A DNA stretch of 64,000 bases from Cryomorphaceae bacterium (lineage in GTDB: Bacteria > Bacteroidota > Bacteroidia > Flavobacteriales > Schleiferiaceae): NCBI GenBank assembly GCA_024638285.1, contig JAHEKP010000001.1:9093-73092 (forward strand). The letters run 5' to 3'. Under the pieces are notes generated by a model. It saw only the letters and a program-made list of their open reading frames with translations. It did not search any database and was not told the origin of the DNA. How positions within the stretch are numbered: position 1 is the stretch's first letter; each line of letters starts with the position of its first letter. Positions 20,295 to 29,052 of this stretch are shown piece after piece. The translations under genes and the position numbers were made by a program.

Positions 20295-21782
20295 ATGTCT
20301 ACATCTTCAAGTACAGTCGCAGTGGTTGGTGCGGGAATTGCGGGACTCAGTGCGGCAATACGATTAGCTGCATCGGGCAAGAAGGTCATCGTATTTGAAC
20401 AAAATTCATATACAGGTGGAAAAGTAACTGCATTTGAGAAGAAAGGTTTTCGTTTTGACATGGGGCCTTCGTTGTTTACACTACCTTATTTGGTGGATGA
20501 ATTGTTTGAGATGGCAGGGAAAAATCCTCGTGACTATTTCAACTACCATACGCATGATGAAGTGTGTCGTTATTTTTGGGAGGATGGAATGAAACTTACA
20601 TTATATCCTTCAATAGATAAAAACGAAGCAGCAGTTGCCTCTGTTTTTGGACACTCTGAAGGAAAAAAAATGCGTGATTACTTTGAACGAGCACGCATTA
20701 AGTATGATTTAACGGCGCCTTTTTTTCTTGAAAAGAGTTTGCACAGAATTGGGACATTCTGGACTCCAGCAGTGATTAAAGTACTAAAAGAAATCCCAAG
20801 ACTTGGTTTGTTTTCAACGTTACATGAAGAAAACGAAAAAGTGTTTAATTCGCCGAAGTTGGTTCAGTTGTTTAATAGATACGCTACGTACAATGGGTCT
20901 TCTCCTTATCAAACTCCGGGAATCATGCAAATGATCACGCATTTGGAGCACAATCTAGGTACCCACTTTCCTGTTGGAGGGATGCACGAAATTTCACAAA
21001 GTTTAACCCGTTTGGCGGTAGAGTTGGGTGTCCAATTTGAATTAAATACGAAGGTTGAAGAGCTTACCATTGAAAATAACGAAATTACTGGGCTCAAAGC
21101 GGAAGGTAAACCTTGGCGGGTGGATCAATTGGTATGTAATACCGATGTGAAGCACGCTTATCAATACCTTATGCCAAAGGGGGTAAAGCGTCCCAAAAAG
21201 ACCCTTGCACAAGAGCCTAGTTCAAGTGCGCTTATATTTTATTGGGGATTAACTGCCCAGTTTCCAGAACTGGATCTTCACAATATCATCTTTAGTGAGG
21301 ATTACAAGACAGAATTCGATCATATTCAAATGAATGGACCGTTTTGGGAAGACCCTACAGTTTACATTCATATTTCAAACAGACTAGAACCGGCAGATGC
21401 GCCAGACGGCAAGGACTGTTGGTTTGTTATGGTCAATACACCTTACGATCAAGGCCAAAACTGGGATGATATCGTTCCATTGGTCCGTGAAAAAGTCCTA
21501 GAACGAATTTCTCGTATCCTGGGAACTTCCGTTGAGCCACTTATAGAAGTTGAAGAAGTTTTGCGCCCAAAAGATATAGAACGTCGTACATCAAGTATAG
21601 GTGGAGCACTCTACGGAACCAGCTCAAATGATCGGCTTGCTGCATTTTTACGTCATTCCAATAAAAGCGACTCTGTTAAAGGGTTGTATTTTTGTGGAGG
21701 TTCAGCACATCCGGGAGGTGGTGTCCCACTTTGTTTATTAAGTGGTAAAATTGCAGCGGAATGGTTGATAGAAGAAGGTTAG
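20295..21782 (+). CDS. Phytoene desaturase family protein, CrtD-like (1-hydroxycarotenoid 3,4-desaturase candidate)
   Basis: FAD-binding VAVVGAGIAGLSAAIRLA...FEQNSYTGGK. GPSLFTLPYLVDELF...CRYFWEDG resembles the CrtD-type more than CrtI-type sequences I remember. It is followed immediately by a DUF422/CruF-like gene. Confidence 0.7.
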   Translation: MSTSSSTVAVVGAGIAGLSAAIRLAASGKKVIVFEQNSYTGGKVTAFEKKGFRFDMGPSLFTLPYLVDELFEMAGKNPRDYFNYHTHDEVCRYFWEDGMKLTLYPSIDKNEAAVASVFGHSEGKKMRDYFERARIKYDLTAPFFLEKSLHRIGTFWTPAVIKVLKEIPRLGLFSTLHEENEKVFNSPKLVQLFNRYATYNGSSPYQTPGIMQMITHLEHNLGTHFPVGGMHEISQSLTRLAVELGVQFELNTKVEELTIENNEITGLKAEGKPWRVDQLVCNTDVKHAYQYLMPKGVKRPKKTLAQEPSSSALIFYWGLTAQFPELDLHNIIFSEDYKTEFDHIQMNGPFWEDPTVYIHISNRLEPADAPDGKDCWFVMVNTPYDQGQNWDDIVPLVREKVLERISRILGTSVEPLIEVEEVLRPKDIERRTSSIGGALYGTSSNDRLAAFLRHSNKSDSVKGLYFCGGSAHPGGGVPLCLLSGKIAAEWLIEEG

Positions 21783-21783
21783 T

Positions 21784-22419
21784 ATGTTGAAAATAAAAGC
21801 GTTAATTAAGTCTTACGCGGGATGGATTTTGGTACTGTTCCATGTTATAGGCTTATTTTTACTGGGCGGCGAATGGCGAGAGGAATTGGTCGTATTGACG
21901 CCGTTTAATCTATTGTTGCTAGCTGCTTTGTTTCAATATACTTCAGAGCGGCCTACGGTCAAATGGGCGTATTACCTACCTATTCAGCTTGGATTTATCA
22001 TAGAACTGATAGGTACAAACACCGGATTTCCTTTTGGTGCCTATTCTTATGGAACGGCATTGGGCCCTGGCATTATGGGCACGCCTTTCATGATTGGAAT
22101 TTTGTGGTGGGTTCTGATTCGTTCGTTTTATGACCTTACAGGGTTCCGTTTCAATGCGGTTTGGGTACGAAGTATTCTAACAGGTCTAGCCATGACTGCG
22201 ATGGACGTATTGATAGAGCCTGTGGCTATTGAATTGGCCTATTGGCAATGGGACGCGGTTGCCGTGCCTATGGAAAACTACCTCGCCTGGTTTGTATTGA
22301 GTACGCTTTTTGCGCGTTTGACGGCTTCAGGCGATGCACGTAATCCTTTGAGTATCTGGGTTATTGTGGTGCTTTCGGTATTCTTTTTTGTTTTAGGATC
22401 GTTGTACGCGATACAGTAA
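21784..22419 (+). CDS. Carotenoid biosynthesis membrane protein (DUF422 / CruF-like 1',2'-hydratase candidate)
   Basis: 211 aa polytopic membrane protein, 1 nt downstream of the crtD-like gene. The family call rests on size, topology and context. Confidence 0.5.
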   Translation: MLKIKALIKSYAGWILVLFHVIGLFLLGGEWREELVVLTPFNLLLLAALFQYTSERPTVKWAYYLPIQLGFIIELIGTNTGFPFGAYSYGTALGPGIMGTPFMIGILWWVLIRSFYDLTGFRFNAVWVRSILTGLAMTAMDVLIEPVAIELAYWQWDAVAVPMENYLAWFVLSTLFARLTASGDARNPLSIWVIVVLSVFFFVLGSLYAIQ

Positions 22420-22425
22420 AAAAAG

Positions 22426-22450
22426 AAACCCCCGCCAAAGGCGAGGGTTT
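22426..22450. terminator. Bidirectional terminator hairpin between convergent genes
   Basis: AAACCCCCGCC-AAA-GGCGAGGGTTT, with one mismatch. It is flanked by an A-run upstream and TTT downstream, and sits between the DUF422-like (+) and PspC (-) genes. Confidence 0.7.
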
Positions 22451-22478
22451 ACGTACAGAATTAGGCTAGGGTACGGGC

Positions 22479-24116
22479 CTACCGGTCTTTTAGTTTCTTT
22501 AACTCTAGCTCCAGCTCCTCTAGTTTTCGTTCAATATTGTCCTCCATTTCTTCGAGATTATCTTCAATGTTTTCCTCTAACTCTTCAGCATTATAGTATT
22601 CAATAGTTGAACAATCGGAGCAGGATAAACCCTCTGGCGTCATTTTCCATAAGTGTCCTAGCATATCTCCATCGTATATATCTTGAACGTTCTGAATATC
22701 GTACATGATGTTTTCAATACTCTCATCTAAGTAGACCGTCGCACCTACAGGTAAACGAAGTGTGACTTTTAAATCTTGTCCTCGATATAAAGATTCTTTC
22801 GGCACGGTAAAGTATTCACTAAGTCGCAATTCTTCTCCTTCTTGCGCAGTAGGGTAGTCAAATGACTGGGCGCGTTGACGAGCTTCTGAATGGTTTCGAC
22901 CACTAGCAGCATGTTTTAATTCAAGACTCGCAGTGGAGGACCTGGTTGCCTCTATATTGAATCGGACATTTTCAATATGCAGTAATTCGTCTTCAACATC
23001 AAAGAGAAATCCTTGATCGTCTTCAAGAATATCGGCGGTGATATCAAAACTACTACCCGATAAAGTGATTTGATTGGTTTCTGTTGAGCGCTCTCTAAAG
23101 TCTGTCGCTAGCGAACCTGCGCTGAAGAATATGAGAATTAAACCAACGATGAAACTCGCGATACCCGAGAAAGAAAGTAGTTTAGAATTGGTCAATTCCC
23201 GTCCAAATATTTTAGCGAGAAAAACGACCAATGCAAACAAGGGCATTAATAGTGTGAGCAGCGTACCTACCCGTAATGCGAGCAAGCGCCATCCGCTGCC
23301 AAATATAGCTTGAGCTCCATCAAGACCGTAAATGTATCCGTTTAAATTGATAAAGTTGAACCCTTCTAAGTTCCATGTACTGCCAAAAATTCCAAGCAAT
23401 GCAACGATGAGTATAAATGCAATAAATGCGCCTATGATGGCCAGAAAGACACCGATAAATTTAAAAACGAAGGAAAATATAGATCCAATCCCGTTCACTA
23501 TAAAAGAAACAAAACTGTTAACTCCCGTTTTGATTTTCTCAGTGGAAGTATAATCTTCAACTTTTGTAAAAAGCTTTTCAATATTATTCAGATTGACTGC
23601 TTCACCGCGCATTTGAAGTTTTTGAGCGGTTGTTTTAGCCTCTGGAATGGCGGCCCAAAGAATCACATAGGTGATGAACCCGATACCGGTGAAAAAGAGT
23701 AGGATTAAAAACAGTACTCGAATCCAAACTGGATCGATGTCAAAATAGGCACCAATACCGCTACAAACACCACCAATAACTTTTTCATCCGGATTTCTAA
23801 AGAAACGTCTAGTGTCTTTGCTGCTGGTCTTTGGTTCTTCGTTGTCCGATTCATCAACGAATGCTTCTGGTTGACCTAAAGTCTCAATAATGAATTCAAC
23901 ATCAGATAGTCCCACGACTTGACTACCATTTTCTTTCATGCGAAGGTGGAAGATTTCGGCAATGCGCGCTTCTACATCCGCTATGATTTCTTCACCGCTT
24001 TCTTCCTTACCCAAAGCGGTTTTAACATGGTATAGGTAGGTTTTGAATTTATCATAAGCCACTTCATCGAGGTGGAAGATGATGCCTGCAAGGTTGATGT
24101 TTATTGTTTTATTCAT
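22479..24116 (-). CDS. PspC domain-containing membrane protein
   Basis: PspC domain (RFFRNPDEKVIGGVCSGIGAYFDIDPVWIRVLFLILLFF), several TM helices, acidic coiled C-terminus. Confidence 0.75.
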   Translation of the reverse strand: MNKTININLAGIIFHLDEVAYDKFKTYLYHVKTALGKEESGEEIIADVEARIAEIFHLRMKENGSQVVGLSDVEFIIETLGQPEAFVDESDNEEPKTSSKDTRRFFRNPDEKVIGGVCSGIGAYFDIDPVWIRVLFLILLFFTGIGFITYVILWAAIPEAKTTAQKLQMRGEAVNLNNIEKLFTKVEDYTSTEKIKTGVNSFVSFIVNGIGSIFSFVFKFIGVFLAIIGAFIAFILIVALLGIFGSTWNLEGFNFINLNGYIYGLDGAQAIFGSGWRLLALRVGTLLTLLMPLFALVVFLAKIFGRELTNSKLLSFSGIASFIVGLILIFFSAGSLATDFRERSTETNQITLSGSSFDITADILEDDQGFLFDVEDELLHIENVRFNIEATRSSTASLELKHAASGRNHSEARQRAQSFDYPTAQEGEELRLSEYFTVPKESLYRGQDLKVTLRLPVGATVYLDESIENIMYDIQNVQDIYDGDMLGHLWKMTPEGLSCSDCSTIEYYNAEELEENIEDNLEEMEDNIERKLEELELELKKLKDR

Positions 24117-24445
24117 GATGGGGTTGAAGTAAGTTGTTCAACGGCATTATTTAGGTTTTCCCAAGTATCTTTTAGTTCTAATTGGAACGCGCGTCCTTGC
24201 GCGCTAAGGCTGTAGTATTTTCGCGGGGGACCAGCGTTGCTTTCTTCCCAACGGTACTCTAACAAATCGGCATTTTTGAGTCTGGTCAATAAAGGATAGA
24301 GGGTCCCTTCTACAACGATGAGCTCAGCACTTTTTAACCGTGTAATAATGTCTGAAGCGTACGCATCACCCTTACTGAGTATACCTAGAATGCAATATTC
24401 TAAAACGCCTTTACGCATTTGTGCTTTTGTATTTTCAATCTTCAT
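24113..24445 (-). CDS. PadR family transcriptional regulator
   Basis: 110 aa winged-helix protein: GVLEYCILGILSKGDAYASDI...EGTLYPLLTRL. It overlaps both neighbours, which fits an operon. Confidence 0.85.
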   Translation of the reverse strand: MKIENTKAQMRKGVLEYCILGILSKGDAYASDIITRLKSAELIVVEGTLYPLLTRLKNADLLEYRWEESNAGPPRKYYSLSAQGRAFQLELKDTWENLNNAVEQLTSTPS

Positions 24446-24902
24446 CTAGGGTCTTAATCAAAGTGAAATCTCCGTAAACAGTAAGTAACATTGTACTTGA
24501 ATCTTCTCGAAGTAGAAAATGTGCTTCATCGAAGCGGGTTCTGCTCCCTCGAATGAAAAGGTAATGGTCTGGACCATCTGCATCTTCAATGGGAATTTTT
24601 TTATAGCGCGCCTTATGGAGGAATCGTTCCCATTCGCTGGTAACTTCTTTGATGTAGCGCTCATCTGTTATGCGCAGCCATTGGACGCGCTTAATCTCAC
24701 CGTTTAGGGTACGCTCAAAATCACCATTCGCAAAATCCAGGTCTAATGGGAGTGCACTAAGTAAGGATCCGCCAAAACTGAAGCCGGCGACATAAGGTTT
24801 AGGTTCATATTGCTCATAAAGTGCGTCGGCTAATCCTTTTGTTTGACCAAATGCTACCGTTGTACATGCAATAAGTACAAGGTGTAAAAGTTGTTTTTTC
24901 AT
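24435..24902 (-). CDS. Secreted hypothetical protein (possibly DUF4252)
   Basis: Signal peptide (LVLIACTTVAFGQ), 155 aa, first gene of the PadR/PspC operon. The family call is tentative. Confidence 0.45.
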   Translation of the reverse strand: MKKQLLHLVLIACTTVAFGQTKGLADALYEQYEPKPYVAGFSFGGSLLSALPLDLDFANGDFERTLNGEIKRVQWLRITDERYIKEVTSEWERFLHKARYKKIPIEDADGPDHYLFIRGSRTRFDEAHFLLREDSSTMLLTVYGDFTLIKTLDED

Positions 24903-24971
24903 GAATCAGTGTATTTGTGGTAAAGATATATGCTAAAATAGGTACTATGCAATACAAAGTACTATAAATTT

Positions 24972-25019
24972 CTTAATCTCGAAGAATCAATACGCCAATA
25001 GGTCAAAAATGAGATTAAG
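24972..25019. repeat. 9-bp perfect inverted repeat with 30-nt spacer in the PadR-operon / CarF-like divergent intergenic region
   Basis: CTTAATCTC (24972-24980) and GAGATTAAG (25011-25019). AATGAGATT recurs as a direct repeat at 25008-25016 and 25071-25079. GTACTAT recurs at 24942-24948 and 24959-24965. Confidence 0.6.
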
Positions 25020-25134
25020 TTGTAGCGCTGTAATAGACTAAGGCCAATGGCGCGCCTATGCATTTCGCTCAATGAGATTTTCATAGGAAAGCATTGCGTT
25101 TTGTAGTGTTTAGTTTTCCCAAAATCAATTCATT

Positions 25135-25683
25135 ATGGTACTACTACAGATTATTATTGAAATTCTTTTATTGTATTTATTGTTGGATTTTTTAACTGGA
25201 GTAGTCCATTGGTGGATGGACCGCTACGGTCGAGAAGATATGCCTATTGTAGGAAAGGCTATTATTGAGATTAATACCTGGCACCACGCGAATCCGCGCA
25301 AGATGATTACGAGAAGTTATTGGTACTTGTGTAAATCTGGATGGGCCGGTGTAGCGGTCATGCTACTCGCGGTTTACCTTATACAAGGAGTGGTAGGTTG
25401 GCAATGGTGGTTCATCGCGATTTTGGGTGCAAATGCAAATATAGTGCACCAATGGGCGCATAAGTTTCCAGAGGAAAAGCCTAAACTCATACATTGGCTA
25501 CAGCAAATCAAGGTGCTTCAACGTCCACAAGATCATGCAATGCACCATACTAAACCCGAAACGCGCTCGTATTGTACATACACGCCATGGCTTAATCCTA
25601 TTTTAGATCGAACGAGGTTCTGGTACGCAGTGGAACGAGTGCTTTTCTCGTTCAAAATATATACGACGGATCGAGTTCATTAA
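25135..25683 (+). CDS. CarF / PEDS1(TMEM189) / FAD4-family membrane lipid desaturase, minimal form
   Basis: Eight His arranged H25, H50-H51 (WHHANP), H105xxxH109 (HQWAH), H134xxH137H138 (HAMHH), on a background of 3-4 TM helices. This is the His pattern I recall for the family. Confidence 0.7.
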   Translation: MVLLQIIIEILLLYLLLDFLTGVVHWWMDRYGREDMPIVGKAIIEINTWHHANPRKMITRSYWYLCKSGWAGVAVMLLAVYLIQGVVGWQWWFIAILGANANIVHQWAHKFPEEKPKLIHWLQQIKVLQRPQDHAMHHTKPETRSYCTYTPWLNPILDRTRFWYAVERVLFSFKIYTTDRVH

Positions 25684-25688
25684 GCGAA

Positions 25689-26492
25689 TTAAATGATTTC
25701 CTTTCTAGCACGTATTGCATAGACGAGCGGAAAGAAGCCTTCCTTTCCTTTAATTTGGTATTGACCAGGGGCTTTTTCAGTGTGTTCGAATAGGGCGTAA
25801 GGACTCCAATCACTTTCGCCGAAGAAGGTCAAGGAACGCTCTGGATGATCTACGATAGGTAAGATGAGGTCACTGATACTGTGGTTCCAAGTATAATTAA
25901 CCATTTGATCGGCTTCTGGGGCTGCGTAACTACCCGCACGATCTTCAATAATCACTCCTGTATTGAAGTAAGGATATTTAATCTCTTTAAATTCTTCATC
26001 TAGTATCCACAATACTGGGTGAAAGTCTACTAAAATTAATGAGCCGCCCGGTTTGAGGTAATGAAACGCTGCGTCCATCCATTCCTTCGCTGAAGGGTGC
26101 CAACCCACTACACCGTACGAAGCATAAACAACATCAAATGAGTTTTTTAAATGGGGTAGTGTCTGGAGCACATCAGATTCTATAAAAGAAACTTTGGTGC
26201 CGCACGCGGAATTCAATTTTTTCGCTTGGCGTATGGCTTCTGGGCTAAAATCAAGACCTACAACTTGAGTTGCACCTAAGGTTGCTAGACTGATTGTATC
26301 CTGTCCAAAGTGACATTGCAAGTGCAATACACTTTTGCCTTTCAAATTGGGCAATACATTGCGTTCAATAGCGTGGAGGGATTGTTGGTGCTTTATGAAC
26401 GCTGCGTTATCGTAAAATGAAGATTGCGGATGTAAACTCGCCCAATGGTTCCAAAGTGCGCGATTCTGCTCAAGGTATAAATGGTCTTCCAT
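25689..26492 (-). CDS. Class I SAM-dependent methyltransferase
   Basis: VLHLQCHFGQDTISLA...VVGLDFS motif I / post-I region, LKPGGSLIL motif. Confidence 0.7.
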   Translation of the reverse strand: MEDHLYLEQNRALWNHWASLHPQSSFYDNAAFIKHQQSLHAIERNVLPNLKGKSVLHLQCHFGQDTISLATLGATQVVGLDFSPEAIRQAKKLNSACGTKVSFIESDVLQTLPHLKNSFDVVYASYGVVGWHPSAKEWMDAAFHYLKPGGSLILVDFHPVLWILDEEFKEIKYPYFNTGVIIEDRAGSYAAPEADQMVNYTWNHSISDLILPIVDHPERSLTFFGESDWSPYALFEHTEKAPGQYQIKGKEGFFPLVYAIRARKEII

Positions 26493-26496
26493 GAAT

Positions 26497-27264
26497 TTAG
26501 CGTTTCAGTGACTCCTCGGTCTCTAGCTGGGCTTTTTCTCGCTCGTATTCTTCGTAACAGGTGAGAAGAGAAACCAGGAATTGGTAGTCGTTAAAGGTTC
26601 TAATTTGAGTTTCTGAATATTTACAATAGAACATAAACGCCTGCATTTCTTCCTTAGGAATGCCTGTCAAATCTTCTAATATGATCCGATTATTCCCTTC
26701 TTCCAGTTTTCTGCGGTAGTAATCTTCCTGCTGCAATTTTCTTAATGCGGCCAATTGCTGTGGGCGCTTCCCAAAGCTGTAGTATAAAAAGTCTAAAGGG
26801 TTTGCAAGGGTAGGGGCAACAGCCTCTGGCATTCGTATATCATCGTTTGATGGAACACGCGGGCTCTGCTGGGGCATAGTGCGGGGATTATTGGAGGTGA
26901 TTGCGTAAATACTTACCTCGTCCAACAAATAGTTCCGAGGAATAAGTTTGAGTGTTTGCTCTTCTCCAGCCATAAGAGCGGCACATAGCATGCTGTCTAT
27001 GGGTACGTATTTGAATTGGTACCCAATGTTAGAGAAAACTAGTGTATCGCCTTCAGCTACAGGAATCTCGAAGTATCCAATTCCGTTAGAAACGGTTCCC
27101 ATAAACGTTCTGTTATTGACTACATGTGAATTTGGCAATGCAAAAGTTGAATCTCTATCTACTACAGTCCCTTTCAATATGTAACTTTGAGCAGTTAGTG
27201 TAGTGCCGTTAAAAGCAGAAAACGCTAAAAGAATCAGTACTAAATCAGAAATACGTTTATACAT
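26497..27264 (-). CDS. Secreted carboxypeptidase-regulatory-like (CarboxypepD_reg) domain protein
   Basis: Signal peptide, then YILKGTVVD...GYFEIPVAEGDTLVFSNIGYQ, typical of the beta-sandwich found at the N-terminus of many Bacteroidetes proteins. Confidence 0.5.
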   Translation of the reverse strand: MYKRISDLVLILLAFSAFNGTTLTAQSYILKGTVVDRDSTFALPNSHVVNNRTFMGTVSNGIGYFEIPVAEGDTLVFSNIGYQFKYVPIDSMLCAALMAGEEQTLKLIPRNYLLDEVSIYAITSNNPRTMPQQSPRVPSNDDIRMPEAVAPTLANPLDFLYYSFGKRPQQLAALRKLQQEDYYRRKLEEGNNRIILEDLTGIPKEEMQAFMFYCKYSETQIRTFNDYQFLVSLLTCYEEYEREKAQLETEESLKR

Positions 27265-28960
27265 GTCAGACGACGGTCAAAAGGTCATTTTTTCGATGTC
27301 CAAAGTGAGCAAGGTCCTTCCTCACAACAACAAAGCTATATTAAAGGACATTTATCTCTCTTTCTTCTATGGAGCCAAAATAGGCATCTTAGGTTTAAAT
27401 GGCTCGGGTAAATCGACACTTTTAAAGATAATTGCCGGGGTAGAAAAAAGCTATCAAGGTGATGTGGTTTTTGCGAACGGGTATAGCGTTGGATATTTAG
27501 AGCAAGAGCCTCAGCTAGAAAAAGGTAAAACAGTTTTAGACATTGTCAAAGAAGGGGCAGCTGAAACCGTAGCCGTTTTGGATGAATACAATAGCATAAA
27601 TGACCAGTTCGGTTTGCCAGAAGTCTATGAAAATCCGGACAAAATGGAGCAGCTGATGGCCCGCCAAGCAGTGCTTCAGGATCAGATTGATGCGACGAAT
27701 GCATGGGAGTTAGAGACGATGTTGAACCGCGCTATGGATGCCTTGAATTGTCCACCATCGGACCAATTAGTAGACCACCTTTCCGGAGGGGAAGCGCGTC
27801 GTGTAGCCCTTTGTCGTCTTTTATTACAACAACCCGACGTACTCTTATTGGATGAGCCTACCAACCATTTGGATGCAGAGAGTATTTTATGGTTGGAGCA
27901 GCACCTGCAACAATACAAGGGGACGGTAATCGCAGTAACGCACGATCGTTATTTCTTGGATAATGTAGCAGGATGGATTTTAGAATTGGACCGTGGAGAG
28001 GGGATTCCGTGGAAAGGGAACTACAGCTCTTGGCTCGATCAGAAAACCAAGCGTATGGCGCAAGAAGAGAAGCAAGCTTCAAAACGCCGTAAAACTTTAG
28101 AGCGTGAGCTCGAGTGGGTGCGTATGAACCCAAAGGGACGTCAAAGCAAAAGCAAAGCGCGATTGAACAACTATGAAAGTATGTTGTCTCAAGAGCAAAA
28201 AGAGAAAGAAAGCAAGCTTGAAATCTTCATACCGGCGGGGCCAAGATTGGGTACGAATGTCATTGATGCTAAAAACGTAAAAAAGGGATTTGGTGAAAAA
28301 TTGCTTTATGACGATTTGAATTTCTCATTGCCGCCTGCAGGTATTGTTGGAATTATCGGTCCCAATGGTGCAGGTAAAACTACGATCTTTAAAATGATCA
28401 TGGACCAGTTGCAACCGGATGCAGGTGCTTTCGACGTAGGGGAAACCGTTCAGATTTCTTACGTCGACCAGAGTCATGAAAAGCTCAATCCAGAAAAAAC
28501 TATTTTCGAAGTAGTTGGAGAGGGTACAGAGGAAGTACTTCTAGGAGGACAGCGCGTTAATGCGCGTTCCTATTTAAGCCGATTCAATTTTGCAGGTGGT
28601 GATCAAAGTAAAAAAGTTGGGGTTCTTTCTGGTGGTGAACGTAACCGCCTCCACCTGGCGATGGCCCTCAAGGAAGGTGGTAATGTATTGCTTTTAGATG
28701 AGCCTACTAATGATTTAGATGTCAATACGTTAAGAGCTTTGGAAGAGGCACTTGAAAACTTCGCGGGATGCGCTGTGATCATTTCGCACGACCGTTGGTT
28801 CCTTGATCGTGTTTGTACGCATATTTTAGCCTTTGAAGGTGATTCTCAGGTGTACTCTTTCGAAGGTAGCTTTAGTGAATATGAGGAGAATAAATTAAAA
28901 CGTATGGGACGCACAGAACCTACTCGTTTCAAATACAAGAAGTTGTTGAAAGACAGCTAG
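27263..28960 (+). CDS. ettA: Energy-dependent translational throttle protein EttA (ABC-F ATPase)
   Basis: Collinear with E. coli EttA from KVSKVLPHNNKAILKDIYLSFFYGAKIGILGLNGSGKSTL. It has two ABC cassettes with LSGGE signatures. I preferred the ATG at 27263 to the track's upstream start. Confidence 0.9.
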   Translation: MSDDGQKVIFSMSKVSKVLPHNNKAILKDIYLSFFYGAKIGILGLNGSGKSTLLKIIAGVEKSYQGDVVFANGYSVGYLEQEPQLEKGKTVLDIVKEGAAETVAVLDEYNSINDQFGLPEVYENPDKMEQLMARQAVLQDQIDATNAWELETMLNRAMDALNCPPSDQLVDHLSGGEARRVALCRLLLQQPDVLLLDEPTNHLDAESILWLEQHLQQYKGTVIAVTHDRYFLDNVAGWILELDRGEGIPWKGNYSSWLDQKTKRMAQEEKQASKRRKTLERELEWVRMNPKGRQSKSKARLNNYESMLSQEQKEKESKLEIFIPAGPRLGTNVIDAKNVKKGFGEKLLYDDLNFSLPPAGIVGIIGPNGAGKTTIFKMIMDQLQPDAGAFDVGETVQISYVDQSHEKLNPEKTIFEVVGEGTEEVLLGGQRVNARSYLSRFNFAGGDQSKKVGVLSGGERNRLHLAMALKEGGNVLLLDEPTNDLDVNTLRALEEALENFAGCAVIISHDRWFLDRVCTHILAFEGDSQVYSFEGSFSEYEENKLKRMGRTEPTRFKYKKLLKDS

Positions 28961-28986
28961 GAAAATAGATTAGAATAAAAAAAAAT

Positions 28987-29019
28987 GAAGCCTGCAAACA
29001 CCTTGCGGGCTTCTTTGTT
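28987..29019 (+). terminator. Rho-independent terminator after ettA
   Basis: GAAGCCTGCAA / TTGCGGGCTTC 11-bp stem (one G-U pair), 5-nt loop, followed by TTTGTT. Confidence 0.75.
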
Positions 29020-29052
29020 ATCTTACCACACCTATCAACAGAAACCAATATT

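Noticed and set aside
25097-25106. CGTTTTGTAG upstream of the CarF-like gene as a seventh regulon site
   Set aside because: No AAC lies 16-17 nt upstream (the sequence there is GATTT/AGATT), so only half the motif is present.
27254-27262. CGTTTATAC directly before the ettA ATG
   Set aside because: There is no -35 AAC at the right spacing. The sequence is constrained as codons (Lys-Arg) of the opposite-strand gene, and ettA is a housekeeping gene.
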